This document shows positions 48,735 through 60,738 of a DNA stretch of 64,000 nucleotides, one piece after another (the stretch's first letter is position 1; the number at the start of each line of letters is the position of its first letter). The stretch comes from Sphagnum compactum (taxonomy: Eukaryota). Location: positions 20,388,213 to 20,452,212 of the forward strand of contig OZ234493.1 of assembly GCA_965153455.1 (NCBI GenBank), read 5' to 3'. Position numbers and translations under genes: made by a program. The notes below the pieces were generated by a model that had not been told where the DNA came from, searched no databases, and saw only the letters and a list, made by a program, of their open reading frames with translations.

Positions 48735-49681
48735 AACTCGTGGGGAGTTTCCACAGCTTGTACCTGAAGTTTGACAAGCTTTTGAGGGCATTGACGAGCT
48801 ATATGCCCTGGGTTGCCACAGTAAAGACATAGATTGTTTGTCCTTCGGCGAAGTTTCTCGGCTTCTGTCAAAGATTTAAACTTAGCTGTGTCGATCTGCA
48901 TCGGAGCAGGTCCAAAAGAGGCAGGTCGGGCAACTGGTGTTGTTTGGGGAACTAAGGGGAGCGTAGTAGGCCGACTGTTCCAAAGCTGGGCGTTGGAGGT
49001 GACTTTCTTTTCCTGGCGACGTTCGAACAAACAATTATCGCATCGAATTGCCTAGGTGATGGCTTCACTAAAGGAAGAAGGGTCTGCGAGTGTCAACAAA
49101 AGATCTTGAACATCATCACGAAGCCCATAGCGAAACTGATCAATCAAGGCAGCTTCTCCCCAATTGACGTCACAGGCAAGCTGCCTGAATTCTGAGGCGT
49201 AGACGATGGCCGAACGTGTCCCTTGCTGGAGGCGACGCAGCTTGTTGGCTGAAGTCCTGGCCTTATCACTGTCCCCAAATACTGCTTCAAATTCCGCCAT
49301 AAAGGTGTTGAAATCTTGTAGAAGAGGGGATGATGTTTCCAGGATGGGAGCAAACCATGCTGCAGCTGTCCAAGTGAGTAGGGTTCCAACGAATCCTACA
49401 CGAGTGGTGTCATCAAAATAACGACGGGGGTGTAGTTGCATGATCAGGCGTACCTGACTGACAAAGCCTCGAAATTTGAGGCGCGTTCCATCAAACTTTT
49501 CTGGCAGACTAATCTTGGGCTCTTGGGCGGCCATTGCAAGAGCAGGAAGTACTGGGGCAGGAGGTGGTGGCTGATTCTGTAGGCGGGTCACTGAGTCTCT
49601 AAGCACGGCATTTTCTTGTTGAAGGTGCTGAAGGGCGGCGAGGATTTGAGTGAGATCGATGTTGGATTCTGAGTTGTCCAT
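48707..49681 (-). pseudogene. gag: gag with one premature stop
   Basis: PKISLPEKFDG, LRRLQQG..YASEFRQLA, F..GL...VQD, APMQID and zinc knuckle CLYCGNPGHIARQC. In-frame TAG at 49052-49054. Confidence 0.92.
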
Positions 49682-49720
49682 GGTGGTAGTTCTCACACTT
49701 TTGCGCTTTCAATCTTCAAA

Positions 49721-50372
49721 CTTGAAACTTCAGATGCTTGGATCTCTCTCAATACAAGTCCAAATGACATGAAATTTCTCTCACACATATATTCCTATAT
49801 GATCTATAAGATCACAAAGTTATAGACCCAAAAAAGCTTACACAAAGGAGATATGATCAAAAAACCAGATCTGCACTTAAAACTTCAGATGCTTGAATCT
49901 CTCTCAATACAAGTCCAAATGACATGAAATTTCTCTCACACGTATATTCCTATATGATCTATAAGATCACAAAGTTACAGACCCAAAAAAGCTTACACAA
50001 AGGAGATATGACCAAAAAACCAGATCTGCACTTGAAACTTCAGATGCTTGGATCTCTCTCAATACAAGTCCAAATGACATGAAATTTCTCTCACACATAT
50101 ATTCCTATATGATCTATAAGATCACAAAGTTACAAACCCAAAAAAGCTTACACAAAGGAGATATGACCAAAAAACCAGATCTACACTTGAAACTTCAGAT
50201 GCTTGAATCTCTCTCAATACAAGTCCAAATGACATGAAATTTCTCTCACACATATATTCCTATATGATCTATAAGATCACAAAGTTACAGACCCAAAAAA
50301 GCTTACACAAAGGAGATATGACCAAAAAATCAAATCTGCACTTGAAACTTTAGATGCTTGGATCTCTCTCAA
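49721..50372. repeat. 155-bp tandem array (4.2 copies) in the retrotransposon 5' UTR
   Basis: Units start at 49721, 49876, 50031, 50186 and 50341, and are near-identical. Confidence 0.95.
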
Positions 50373-50501
50373 AACATATCCTTTTCTTTTGAAACTTTGA
50401 GAGTAGAAGCGTCCTATAGTCTTCTATAACCTTTCCAAGTTTCACTCCAATATACCTCTAACTACTTACTGAAACAACAAAACAAACAAACAAGAAGAAG
50501 G

Positions 50502-50511
50502 AGCAGATCAA
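50502..50511 (-). other. Self-priming-type primer binding site
   Basis: TTGATCTGCT 2 nt inside the 5' LTR end, lacking the TGG of tRNA PBSs; exactly complementary to AGCAGATCAA in the LTR (50594-50585). Confidence 0.8.
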
Positions 50512-50513
50512 AC

Positions 50514-50780
50514 TGTTATGGACCGACTACAAACAAGTGGAGAATTATAAGACAAGACAAGATTTATTGACCCATCAACTGGTGTTGATCTGCTAAAGGG
50601 TTGTTCCCCAGACTATCTCCTTTTATAACCCTGAGCCATACTAGTCCCAAAATATCCTAGGCCATGATATTGCCAAAAGTATCCCAAAATATCCTAGGCC
50701 ATGATATTGCCAAAAGTATCCCAAAATATCCTAGGACATGACATTGCCAAAAGTATCCCAAAATATCTTAGGCCATGACA
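50514..50780 (-). repeat. 5' LTR (267 bp) with TATA box
   Basis: TATAAAAG on the minus strand at 50627-50620; 37-bp tandem units form U3. Confidence 0.97.
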
Positions 50781-51148
50781 GCTTCTTTGGCAAATCACCT
50801 ACATGAGCAAAAGTTTGTGTCGCTTCTAGTAAACGCTCCTTCAGAGATCATGTGAGCATGTTTCCACTCATGTGCGGGTCAAAGGGCAGGCATTTGGTTA
50901 TTAGTTCATCCTATCACACCTATATTTTGTTTATCTTTTGAGCAATATAGCCCATGATGCATTTTAGGATATTATCACAGTTACTCGATGTGGTATAATA
51001 TAATTCCATCTTTTGTACCAATAGATCCTAACATGTACTCTATGTACTATTCGAAAAATCAAGGACCTGATCCATTGATTTCTGGAAGAAAGAAGAGATC
51101 TACAACCAATGTTACTCAACCAAAACTAGTGCCACCTGTTGAGCAATT

Positions 51149-54100
51149 CATAAGTAGAAAACCCGCCCTTTTGCAACTACATTTCAACTACTGTTCAACT
51201 ACAAACAAAGCCAAAAACTATACATATAGTTGTAATTTATTTTTTGCAATTGGGAAATAATTTTTGCAACTGCTAACCAATAATGTCAAAAAGTACAAGT
51301 CAAGAGTGAAATTACAGTAGAAAATGTATGCCACATGTCAACACCATAGCAATAGCCACTACGTGCCACTACTTGCCAATTTAGTTGAAAATTGCTCTAC
51401 CAATATAGTCGAAGGATGTTGTCAACTACATTCAACTAATGGATGAACTTCATCCACTAACTGTGCATGACATCAACCAAAAATATAATTATAATCTCAA
51501 CTAGGTTGCAATTATGTAAGTTGAACATTTCGACTATGTTGCAACTATGTAAATTGAACATTTGGCCAATGGTTTGGTGACACGTGGCACATTCATAAAA
51601 TGTGGGGTCAACGAATAGTTAAATGATTCGTGGTATGCTCACAAATTTTGGGGTCAATAAATAATTAAATGACACTTGGCACATCCATATCAATAGTTTA
51701 AGCCACATGGTGCCTAAGCATAAGTTAGTTCTAAACCTAGGCACTTAGGTTAAACCTAAACATAGGCCATTTAATTTAGGCTTAAATTAAAGCTAGATCT
51801 AGGCACCTATGTTAGGCCTAAACTTAAACCACATGACAATTAATAAATGACATCCTATTTCATTTGGTTGAACCTTTAGGGTTGAACCTTTTTTATTAGT
51901 TCATCCCAAATGGCTATTAGATTTTCATGTTTATTGTGTTTTCCAACAGTCCTAGTGCACCACTCCTTTATATAGTTTGGATTCATGGAATGGAACCCAA
52001 ACAATATGAAATAAAGATTTTAGTTGTGACTTAAGGTAAACACACCTATCACTTGTATAAGTTAGTTGTAATCTAGTTGTACAAGCTAATTTAAACTAAG
52101 TTAAGCCTAGACCTAGCCTAGGTCTAGCTACTTAATTTAATTACTTATAGTAATTATTCATCAACTATTTTTAACTCTATAGTTGTATAATTAAACAATT
52201 AAACATATTATCGTCATTTATTAACTAACATGGTGATTAGTTTTTTTAAAAATCAGCAATTAAATATATTTATCTATTAAATATTTAACTATCACTTAAT
52301 TTTTTTAGAATTTGAAATTCATTATAATTTCTTATTAACATTTCATAGAACAAAGAATTAACTCAAATATAAATATTCAATAATAAAATTTAGATGATAT
52401 TTTAATTACAGTAATTATTATATCGTTGTGATAATTAATAATTGACTACAATTACAACAACAACATTAATAATATTATTGTAGCTAATAGTTAGGTTAGG
52501 TTAGTTATTTAACTATTTTTATTATTAAATTAGAAAAAATATTTTATGGTATAGTAGTGTTAAATAACAATAATTCCTGAAATTATATGATCATTTATTA
52601 AATATCTTTATTAATTATTCTAAACATTATTATAATTAATCATAAATAAATAAATAAGTAATTTTAATAAATGAAAATTTATTGGAACTAATAGCAAAAA
52701 TTAGAATTTAAAAAAATTCTAAGAAATATTAATTATGTATCATTACATGATATGTTGTAAACTAAAATTGAATCTACATGGAAATAACAAATTACACATG
52801 TATTGAACATATTCCAAAAAACTATTACTTAAATATCCTTACTTGATATGTTGTAAACTAAAATTAAATTTACATAAAAATCATAAATTATGCCTATATT
52901 GAACATACACATTAAATTGACTTATATTTCAGAATTTTTTTAAATTTTATTTTCAAATTAAAGTGTTATATTTATATGCACAAAAAAATTCATCATACAT
53001 GTTATCATTCATGTATAGAAAAAACATTTATGTGTACTTTAATAATTAATGAATATTTATTGTAAATTTTAAAAGTATATTAAGACATCATACGTACAAA
53101 AATGAATAAACATTAAACTTCCACAAAATTATGAATTATGTATCATTACTTGATTTCTTGTAAATTAATATTTGATTTAAAAAGAAATAATAAATTACAT
53201 ATATTGAACTTACATTATTACAAACTCATATTTCAAAATTACCTTAAATTTTATTTTGAAATCAAAATTTAATATTTAGATGGAAAAAAAATATTTGCAT
53301 CATACATAAGCATTCATTTGCACAAATAGAGTTTACATGTAGTTTAATGTTTAATGAATTATTATTGCAATTTAAAGAAAATATTGAGATATCATGTCTA
53401 TAAAGATTAATAAACATTAAAGTTCCACAAAACATATTAACTATGTATCATTATTTGATACGTTGTAAAACTAAAATCCAATTTACATATAAACAATAAT
53501 TAGGTGCATTGAACACGCACATTATTACAAATTTATATTTCAGAATTTCAGTAAATTTCCTTCAATCAAATTTTATTATTTGTGTGCACAAAAAATATTT
53601 GCATCATACATAACCTTTCATTTTATACAAAGATAATTTACACGTAATTTAATCTATTAATAAAAGTAAATAGTTTGTTTTGTTTTATTCTATCGTGTTG
53701 AAATTTCACAAACCAAATTACTTCAAATAATGCTATTGATATCTTTGAAAACCTAACAATGAATAGGGGTGCATTGACTTGGGTTGAAAATTTTTGTGTA
53801 GGTCTTGCAAGTAGACGAGGTAAGGCTAGTAGGTTACATTACCTCTTGAGTGAGGTTTGCCGAAGTGGGAACATCTTCCTGTTGAGTTGCTTCAGCTATG
53901 TTGATTATTTCTTCAACTGGACTTCGAAGTCTTTACATGTAGTATCGATGTTCCCCTTGTTGTGTAGTTATAAAATCATTTGTAGGCTTTATTGCAGAAC
54001 CCATATTCATTATGTTAAGCAATTATATAGCAACTCTCTATTCTTGTTCATCTTGATTAGCTTGGTCACTTGAAATGTAATCATATTCACCCTCAGCTTT

Positions 54101-54515
54101 TTCACCTTCACCCTCTTCATTTCCTAATGTTGTTGTTGTTGTGTAAATGGTTGAAGGTGTTATTCAATTTGGACAATTTTAAAAATCATGGATTTCTATA
54201 ATGATTATAAATGTAATTTTAATTGCGACTTCAATTGCTAGTTATAAGATAATATTGTCATAAACTAGAACTATAGTCATTGATTAGAAAGTATTGTATG
54301 CATGTATATGACTATAGTCATTGATTGTAATGTATTATAATCATTTAGGAATAAGTCTATCTGAAATTAGCTAACCCACTCAAGAACATGTCTTCCATAA
54401 CTACATAACTAATGACACGAGCATGTGTTGTGTAATTACATAACCAATGACATGAGAGGTGCAAAATGAGAGTTCCAAACTGCCGCGATTGTGAATGCTA
54501 GGTTTTGGTGTAGTA
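51149..54515. mobile_element. Possible decayed non-autonomous element (CACTA-like?) with very AT-rich interior
   Basis: Clustered (G/T)CAACTA/TAGTTG short repeats at ~51170-51560 and GGTTTTGGTGTAGT at the right end; the two ends match each other poorly. Confidence 0.25.
52730..53660 (+). repeat. Degenerate AT-rich tandem repeat, period ~300 bp
   Basis: TATGTATCATTA..TGAT...TGTAAA recurs at ~52734, ~53137 and ~53442, with a partial copy at ~52840 and collinear downstream blocks. Confidence 0.7.
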
Positions 54516-54556
54516 AAAGTCAACAAAATGAAAAGATTAAATAAATTTTGGTAGTA

Positions 54557-56609
54557 CAGTAGAACCTGTCTAAGTTAATACTGCCGGGACCGGGGGTTCT
54601 GTATTAATTTAGACAGGATATTAATAAAGAGAGGGTCATTAAATAATTCTCCGCTCGCGCCATTTGTAACATTTGCGAGCCGTGGCGTTCACGTTGGGAT
54701 AGCAGCAACCCACAACCACAACTGCAGCCACAGCCAGAACCACAACACAATGGCTTCAAAGAGGTCCACCAATATGAACATGACCAACGAGGTTCAGATA
54801 GCTCTTTGTGAGCACAAGAAACAGCATCCATCGCTCACGCAAGCAGACTTGATCACGTGGCTTCAGGAGACGCATAACGTTTCTATCAGTCAGGGAACGA
54901 TTTCTCTGACACTCAAACGCTCAGCTGAAATCCTTGCCAAGAAGGAGGATGTGAACCGAGCGCCAAAGCGGCAACGGACTGTGAAGTACCCACTGATGGA
55001 GACAGCTTTGTACCGGTGGTTCCTCACATACCAGGACCAAGTCAATATGTCAGGTGACCTCACCAAAGAGAAGGTTGCGTACTTCCTTGCCGAGCTCTAC
55101 CTTGGCCACGAGGCCTTTGAGTTCTCAAATGGGTGGCTGGAGGCATTCAAAAATCGCTACGGCATCAAGTCCTACCGCCGCTTTGGGGAGTCTGGATCAG
55201 CCAACATGGCTGTGATTGAAGAGAGTTTGCCGCAGATTCGTTTGACTCTGGATCAGTATGAGCGACGTGACATCTACAACATGGATGAAACTGGATTGTT
55301 TTACAGAATGCAAGTAAGTGCAGCATGATACTGTATGCCCACTGCCAAACCATTGACTTACTTTCACTAACACATGACATCTCAACAGGCGGACAATTCC
55401 TTGGCCACAAAGCAGCTTGAAGGACGCAAACAGAACAAGGAGCGTCTCACGCTGGCTGTGTGCTGCAATGCTGATGGCTCGGACAAACTTCCACTTCTTG
55501 TCATTGGCAAATACGAAAACCCTCGCTGCTTCAAAAACGTCAATCGAGACAGCTTTGGATGCAAGTACCGAAGCAACCCGAAGGCCTGGATGACACAAGT
55601 CATCTTTCTCGAGTGGCTGAAAGGGTTTGATGCGCGGATGGCAGGGCGTAATGTTCTTTTGATTATGGACAACTGCAGCGCACATATCCCGTTAATGCAG
55701 CTCGCATCTGTTGTTACACTCTGCAACACAACCGTGTTCTATCTGCCACCAAACACGACCTCGAAGATTCAGCCTTGCGACGCAAGAATTATCCGAAGCC
55801 TCAAGGCTTACTATCGGCGCCGTTTCAATCGCCTCCTCATTCAGCGCCTTTAGGACAAGGTAGCAGACCTCGAGAAGATCGACGTCCTCGAGGCTATGCA
55901 CATTGCTGTTGCAGCCTGGACCATGGATGTGAAGCCAGAAACAATCTGCAACTGCTTTCGCCATTGCCGAATTCGCACCACCAATGTTGATGTGACACCG
56001 GTCCCGGAAGAGCCGCTTATTGACCCTGAGGTGATCAAGGACTTCGAAGAGCAGGTTCAAGAGCTTCGGTATCGGAACCAATGGATATTCGCAGTCTCAT
56101 CGACTATCCTGCTGAGCGCGAAGTTGCTTATGTTCGGACTCAGGAGGAAATTGTGCAAGACCTCTCCACCAATCCTGTGCCGGAAGATGAAGTGGAGCCG
56201 ACGACAGTCAAGAATCCATTCCTGTGAAGGCAACTGAAGCACTGCAGTGTGCAAGTTTGTTGCAGCAGTTCTGGATGCAGCAAGACATCGTCGACCATGA
56301 GATGCTTGCTGGCATCCAGACAGTCAAGGACAAGATCAGCATTATGAGGTCTAGCAAGCTCGTTCAGAAGCCAATCTCGGAGTATTTCTCCAAGGTTTAG
56401 CTGCCCAAATATAGAAAAATTTGTGTCAAATCTATGTCTACCATAGTGGTTATCGATATAAAAAATTTCGAGATCGCCTGTGGAGTATCAATTATTAACT
56501 TTTGGAGGTTTATTAATAAATGTATGGGGCCCGACTTGGGACTGGACCGCACATATTAATTATCACAGGTTATTAATTTAGGCAGTATTAATTTAGACAG
56601 GTTCTACTG
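54557..56609 (+). mobile_element. Full-length Lemi1-like pogo DNA transposon (2053 bp)
   Basis: 29-bp TIRs CAGTAGAACCTGTCTAAGTTAATACTGCC (28/29 match) and TA TSDs (54555-54556, 56610-56611). The TIR resembles the Lemi1/Emigrant type as I recall it. Subterminal TATTAAT-containing repeats at both ends. Confidence 0.95.
54750..56400 (+). pseudogene. Lemi1-like transposase (DD36D), two exons, disrupted
   Basis: Exon 1 54750-55313, intron 55314-55388 (GTAAGT..CTAAC..CAG), exon 2 from 55389. Motifs YNMDETGLFYRMQ|ADNSLATKQLEGRKQNKERLT, MDNCSAH and QPCD. Premature TAG at 55851-55853, frameshifts near 56080 and 56200. Reconstructed C-terminus QKPISEYFSKV* (PIP box). Confidence 0.9.
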
Positions 56610-56868
56610 TAATGACCAAAAGGAAAGCTACACTACTTACATTATTTCATTTTCAAGTTTTGAGTCTTACAACTTGAATGTCCTTGGCATTCACAAAATC
56701 ACAGCCATAGGTGAAAGGAAGGGACCATTTGGGCCCATCCTTCGGGGCCTGGCCCAAGGTACTCGATTGGGCCCCTGGAATCTCTTGTGTGTGACTTTTT
56801 AAGGTCATGTGATACTTGGACACCAATTTGAGTTAAGGTTGGCCTGTGGCAGCTGCATGCCTTGATGT

Positions 56869-56892
56869 TATATATATATATATATATATATA
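56869..56892. repeat. (TA)n microsatellite
   Basis: Visible alternating TA run. Confidence 0.9.
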
Positions 56893-56950
56893 AACTTACT
56901 CAAATATACTCAAATATAGAATATATATACGTTATTTGATATTTTGTGAT

Positions 56951-57222
56951 ATTATAGAGTATAGTAGCTTAAGGAATTTTGGCCCTGAGGTAAATAGCTC
57001 TATTTTATATGAGGATTTTTGAAAGATGATATTTTGGCTTGTGTTGAAACTTGAAATTAGTTATAGAGTTATAATGTCTTGAAGGATTTTGGTTTTGTTA
57101 AGAGGATTTTTTGAAGATTATATTTTTGCATGGTGGAATATTTGAGTTTCCATAATTCTCCTTTTGCCTTAAGATACTTTTTAATGTAAATGGCAAGGCC
57201 ACAGTGTGATACACCTCTTGTT
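56951..57222 (+). repeat. Dispersed ~270-bp repeat, copy 2
   Basis: Collinear with 14795-15064. Confidence 0.85.
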
Positions 57223-60200
57223 TCTCTTTCTTTTTGGTTGGTGATGAGTCTTTATTGTATTGATTCAACACAAAAATATGTGTTCAAACTTCGAACACTC
57301 CAATATGTGATAAATTGTATTCTCTCCCTTTGGCCTAGGTGTTAGCTTACAAGAGTATAGCTTTGGGCAAAGATATGGGGATAATGTACAGTGCTATTAG
57401 GAACAAGTTGAGGAATGCATTGAGAACATCATAAGGAACCATTGGGAACATTCTTACACCCCACTCCTCCCTTTCCAGCACACCTGCATGAAAATTCCTG
57501 AACACCTTGAGTGCATGCTGTGCCACATGATTGGCTGCAGAGAATTTCTGTTATGTGCTGTGTTCATCACCCATTTTTGCCTACACTATACCATAGTACC
57601 ATGGCAAGTTTGACACTAATTATATTATTTTCCAGAAATCCAGAAAGTTTCTAGAAAAAGAAAAATTCAAAGAAATTTTTTTTGTGAAGGAAATAGAGAA
57701 ATCATTAGAATATCCTGGAATAATCTATTTTCCAAAATGAAATCCTCAAAATAAAATACTTATTCACCATTTAATATTCATTTGGCCCTAAACAAAAAAA
57801 ACACTCATACCATGAACCCTTCAAAAGTAGAAGATTATGTAACATTTCCTTTGGCCTAGCTTATATAGTTTACAAAGGTAAAATTTTGAGCAAAAGATAT
57901 GGGATAAAGTGTGGTGCTATTGAGAATAGATTGGGGAACAAATGGGAGCTTATGGAACACATTGGGAGCACCATTGGGAACCTTGTGGGAACAAAATAGG
58001 AACACCAAATTCCAAAACAAATCTCAAACCTCCCCACCACTCCCCCCCCCCCCACACACAAATCACTCCTATAAGGTGTTCATCATTTCTATGCTTTTTG
58101 TGTCTGCAATACTAGATATAAGATCCAAAAAGAAATGCAATTTTTTTTCCAAAATAAAGATGAATAATTATGACTTCTTTTGGTAGAAAAAAATTAAGAA
58201 TCAACATGTAATATCAATCAAAGTACAATAGTACATTCAACACTAATAATATTATTTTCAGAAACGTTGAAATTTTCAAAAAGAAGTTCAGAAACTTTTT
58301 TTCTGAAGGAAAATAAGGATTGTGATAAAATTATTTGAGAAAATCATTTGTTGAAATGGAATCCCAAAAATTAATTCATTATTCAGCAAACATGTGTTGA
58401 AGTGTCGTTGGAGGTACTATGGCATACAATTAAAAAAATACACAATGTCTTGAAGTTCATGAAATATGCATGTCCTTTTCCGTAATAAATTCTTTTTCAG
58501 ACATTTGGTCACCAGTAGCATTCTTTCCCTTTTTGAAGAATTGAAACAAAACTTTTGAAAGAGATTTCTTTTGGGGGATTGGGTAACTACTACCGCCAAG
58601 TGCCCCCACCATTGGCCGTTTAGTGCCTATTTGCCATGGCAGTACAGTTATATTCCTTAATTTGCATGGTTGGTGCATGGACCTTAACTGTTTAAATCAG
58701 TGTTGTGCATGTAACTGTGTGTATATACGATGTGTAAATCATTTACATTTACATGTCCAAACTTAATCCACTTACACTTATATTGTTGTCATGTATAATT
58801 ATTGTTTTTACACTTACACAAGGTCAATGTAAATATTTGTCAAATATATTTGCACAACGATGTGTAAATGTTTTGGGGCGTGTAAGTGTGTGTATTATAT
58901 ACTTATAATGACCATACCTTCTTGCAAATCCATATTAATTAGTTGTGATACATCAAAAAACCATTGTGGGCCATGTGGTCTGTTTATCACCAAAAACATC
59001 ATTAGGTTCTCCTCTTCCCTAAGTAGAAATCACATTTTTTACAATGTTTTACACGACCACATAAAATCATATAAATATATTTATTTTTACACTTACACAG
59101 AGTGTAAATAAATTTCATTATAAGAGTACACTTGCACGAAGTCCTAAACCACTTCCACTCACAAAGAAACCAGTGTTGTGGCATGACTAGTGACTCACAG
59201 TCAGTTATGAGAGTATCCCGATTCCCGACCCTTGCAGTGTAGTACATTATGTTTTGGATAAAGCAGGATAAATAAAGTTTATGCCACTTCAGGGCAACAA
59301 GTGGCTTTGGGCCAAATTTTGTGCATAGGATGTTATGCTTAGAAAAGGCAATGCACAATTTAAAGAATTGCTCTTAACTGGCTGGATAGAATGATTGGTC
59401 CAAGTGGTTTCCTATTGGTAGACTCTAACCTTTTCTAGCTTCAGTTTCCATGTTTATTTGTGGGGCTTGAAACAGCAAGTAATATCAGGTATGGTTTGAC
59501 TTGCTCTGAGTATTTTTAACATTTAAAAAATATTTGACAATGTAAGAGCATACCCACCAGTGCTTAGGATGTAACCCAGCAAAAATATTTCTCACATCCA
59601 AGTTTAGTTATTTAGATTTTTGCAACCCCACCCATAGAACTGAAACTCGGACTGCAAATATGTGGGAACTACTAATAGCAAACCACCTGGACAAATCATT
59701 ATGTTTGGCCAATCGAAAACAGGGAGCGGTAGTCAGATCATATTTATCAACCTCAGAAAATAGGCAGGAGCAAAACCATTTTGAGTTTGGAGTGGGAGAG
59801 TTAGCGCCCGAAACAGGGGTAGCTAGTTTGGGGTATTTAACAACAACGACAACAATCTTCGCTCTGCACCGAACCCCTGGAGTTTCCGCGCAGTGCGTTC
59901 TCCTTCAGCAGAGTACACAAACGTGCCAGGACTGTCCTAATTGCGAGCTAGTCCCCAGATCTTCCTAGTTGCCTTCTGATCCTGAACCTGTTGTCGCTGC
60001 TGCAGCCGCTGATGATGCAGTTCGGTTGTAGTAGCTGCAATCTACTGCGGGCTGTTTTATGAGTCATTTGCTTGCGTGCGGTTTGCTGTCAATTTACAGA
60101 GATAAGTGTTGTGATGAGGAAGGTGCTGTGTAAACTATGATGAGCTGGAGAGGGTTTAGTTGCTAGTGATGGTTGGGTCAAGCGCTCACACAATTGCTGC

Positions 60201-60552
60201 TGCAGACCGACAGGAGTTGTCTACTCCTTGTTCAAAGGATTTAGGGTTCAGGGCAAGACAAAACAGGGCAAGGCAAAGCAAAGCAGGCAAGCACGGCCCT
60301 TGAGCAGTATTTTTCGCTTTATTTTCATTCTTTCAAAAAAACTACTATCATTCCATCTATTCTCCTTCTTTTCATAATCTATTAGGACTAATCATTCTTC
60401 TCCTCCCAAAAAAAGTTGTAAGAACAAGTTTTCAAATATTCAAATCGAAAATCACGTCTAAGAAGAGAAAAATAAATGATCCAAATTCACATCTTTTAAG
60501 AAAAGGAAAAGGAAGGAGGCGAGGGAAGACCCCAACTTGCTGACCACTAGAA

Positions 60553-60738
60553 GGTTCCAAGCTTGGTGGCCCTTGAAAGGAATCCAATGTTTGGAGGCCA
60601 ATGGGAAACATCTTACTTGGTGGCAAATGGAGGGTTCCAAACTTGGTGGCCCTTGGAAGGAATCCAATGTTTGGAGGCTAATGGGAAAGCATCTTGTTTA
60701 GTGGCCAATGGATGGTTCCAAGCTTGGTGGCCCTTGGG
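60553..60738 (+). repeat. ~80-bp tandem repeat (2.3 copies)
   Basis: GGTTCCAA.CTTGGTGGCCCTTG at 60553, 60633 and 60714. Confidence 0.85.

Larger units (their letters stand above)
44715..50780 (-). mobile_element. Full-length Ty3/Gypsy chromovirus LTR retrotransposon (Tcn1/Tf1-like), 6066 bp
   Basis: TG..CA LTRs at 44715-44978 and 50514-50780, 5-bp TSD GCTTC (44710-44714, 50781-50785), gag-PR-RT-RH-INT-chromodomain order and PPT. Clade assignment is inference. Confidence 0.97.

Noticed and set aside
59785..59810. Resemblance to a miR390/TAS3 site (GGCGCTA.C.CTCC)
   Set aside because: Matches only the miRNA 3' half, with no seed pairing and no second site.
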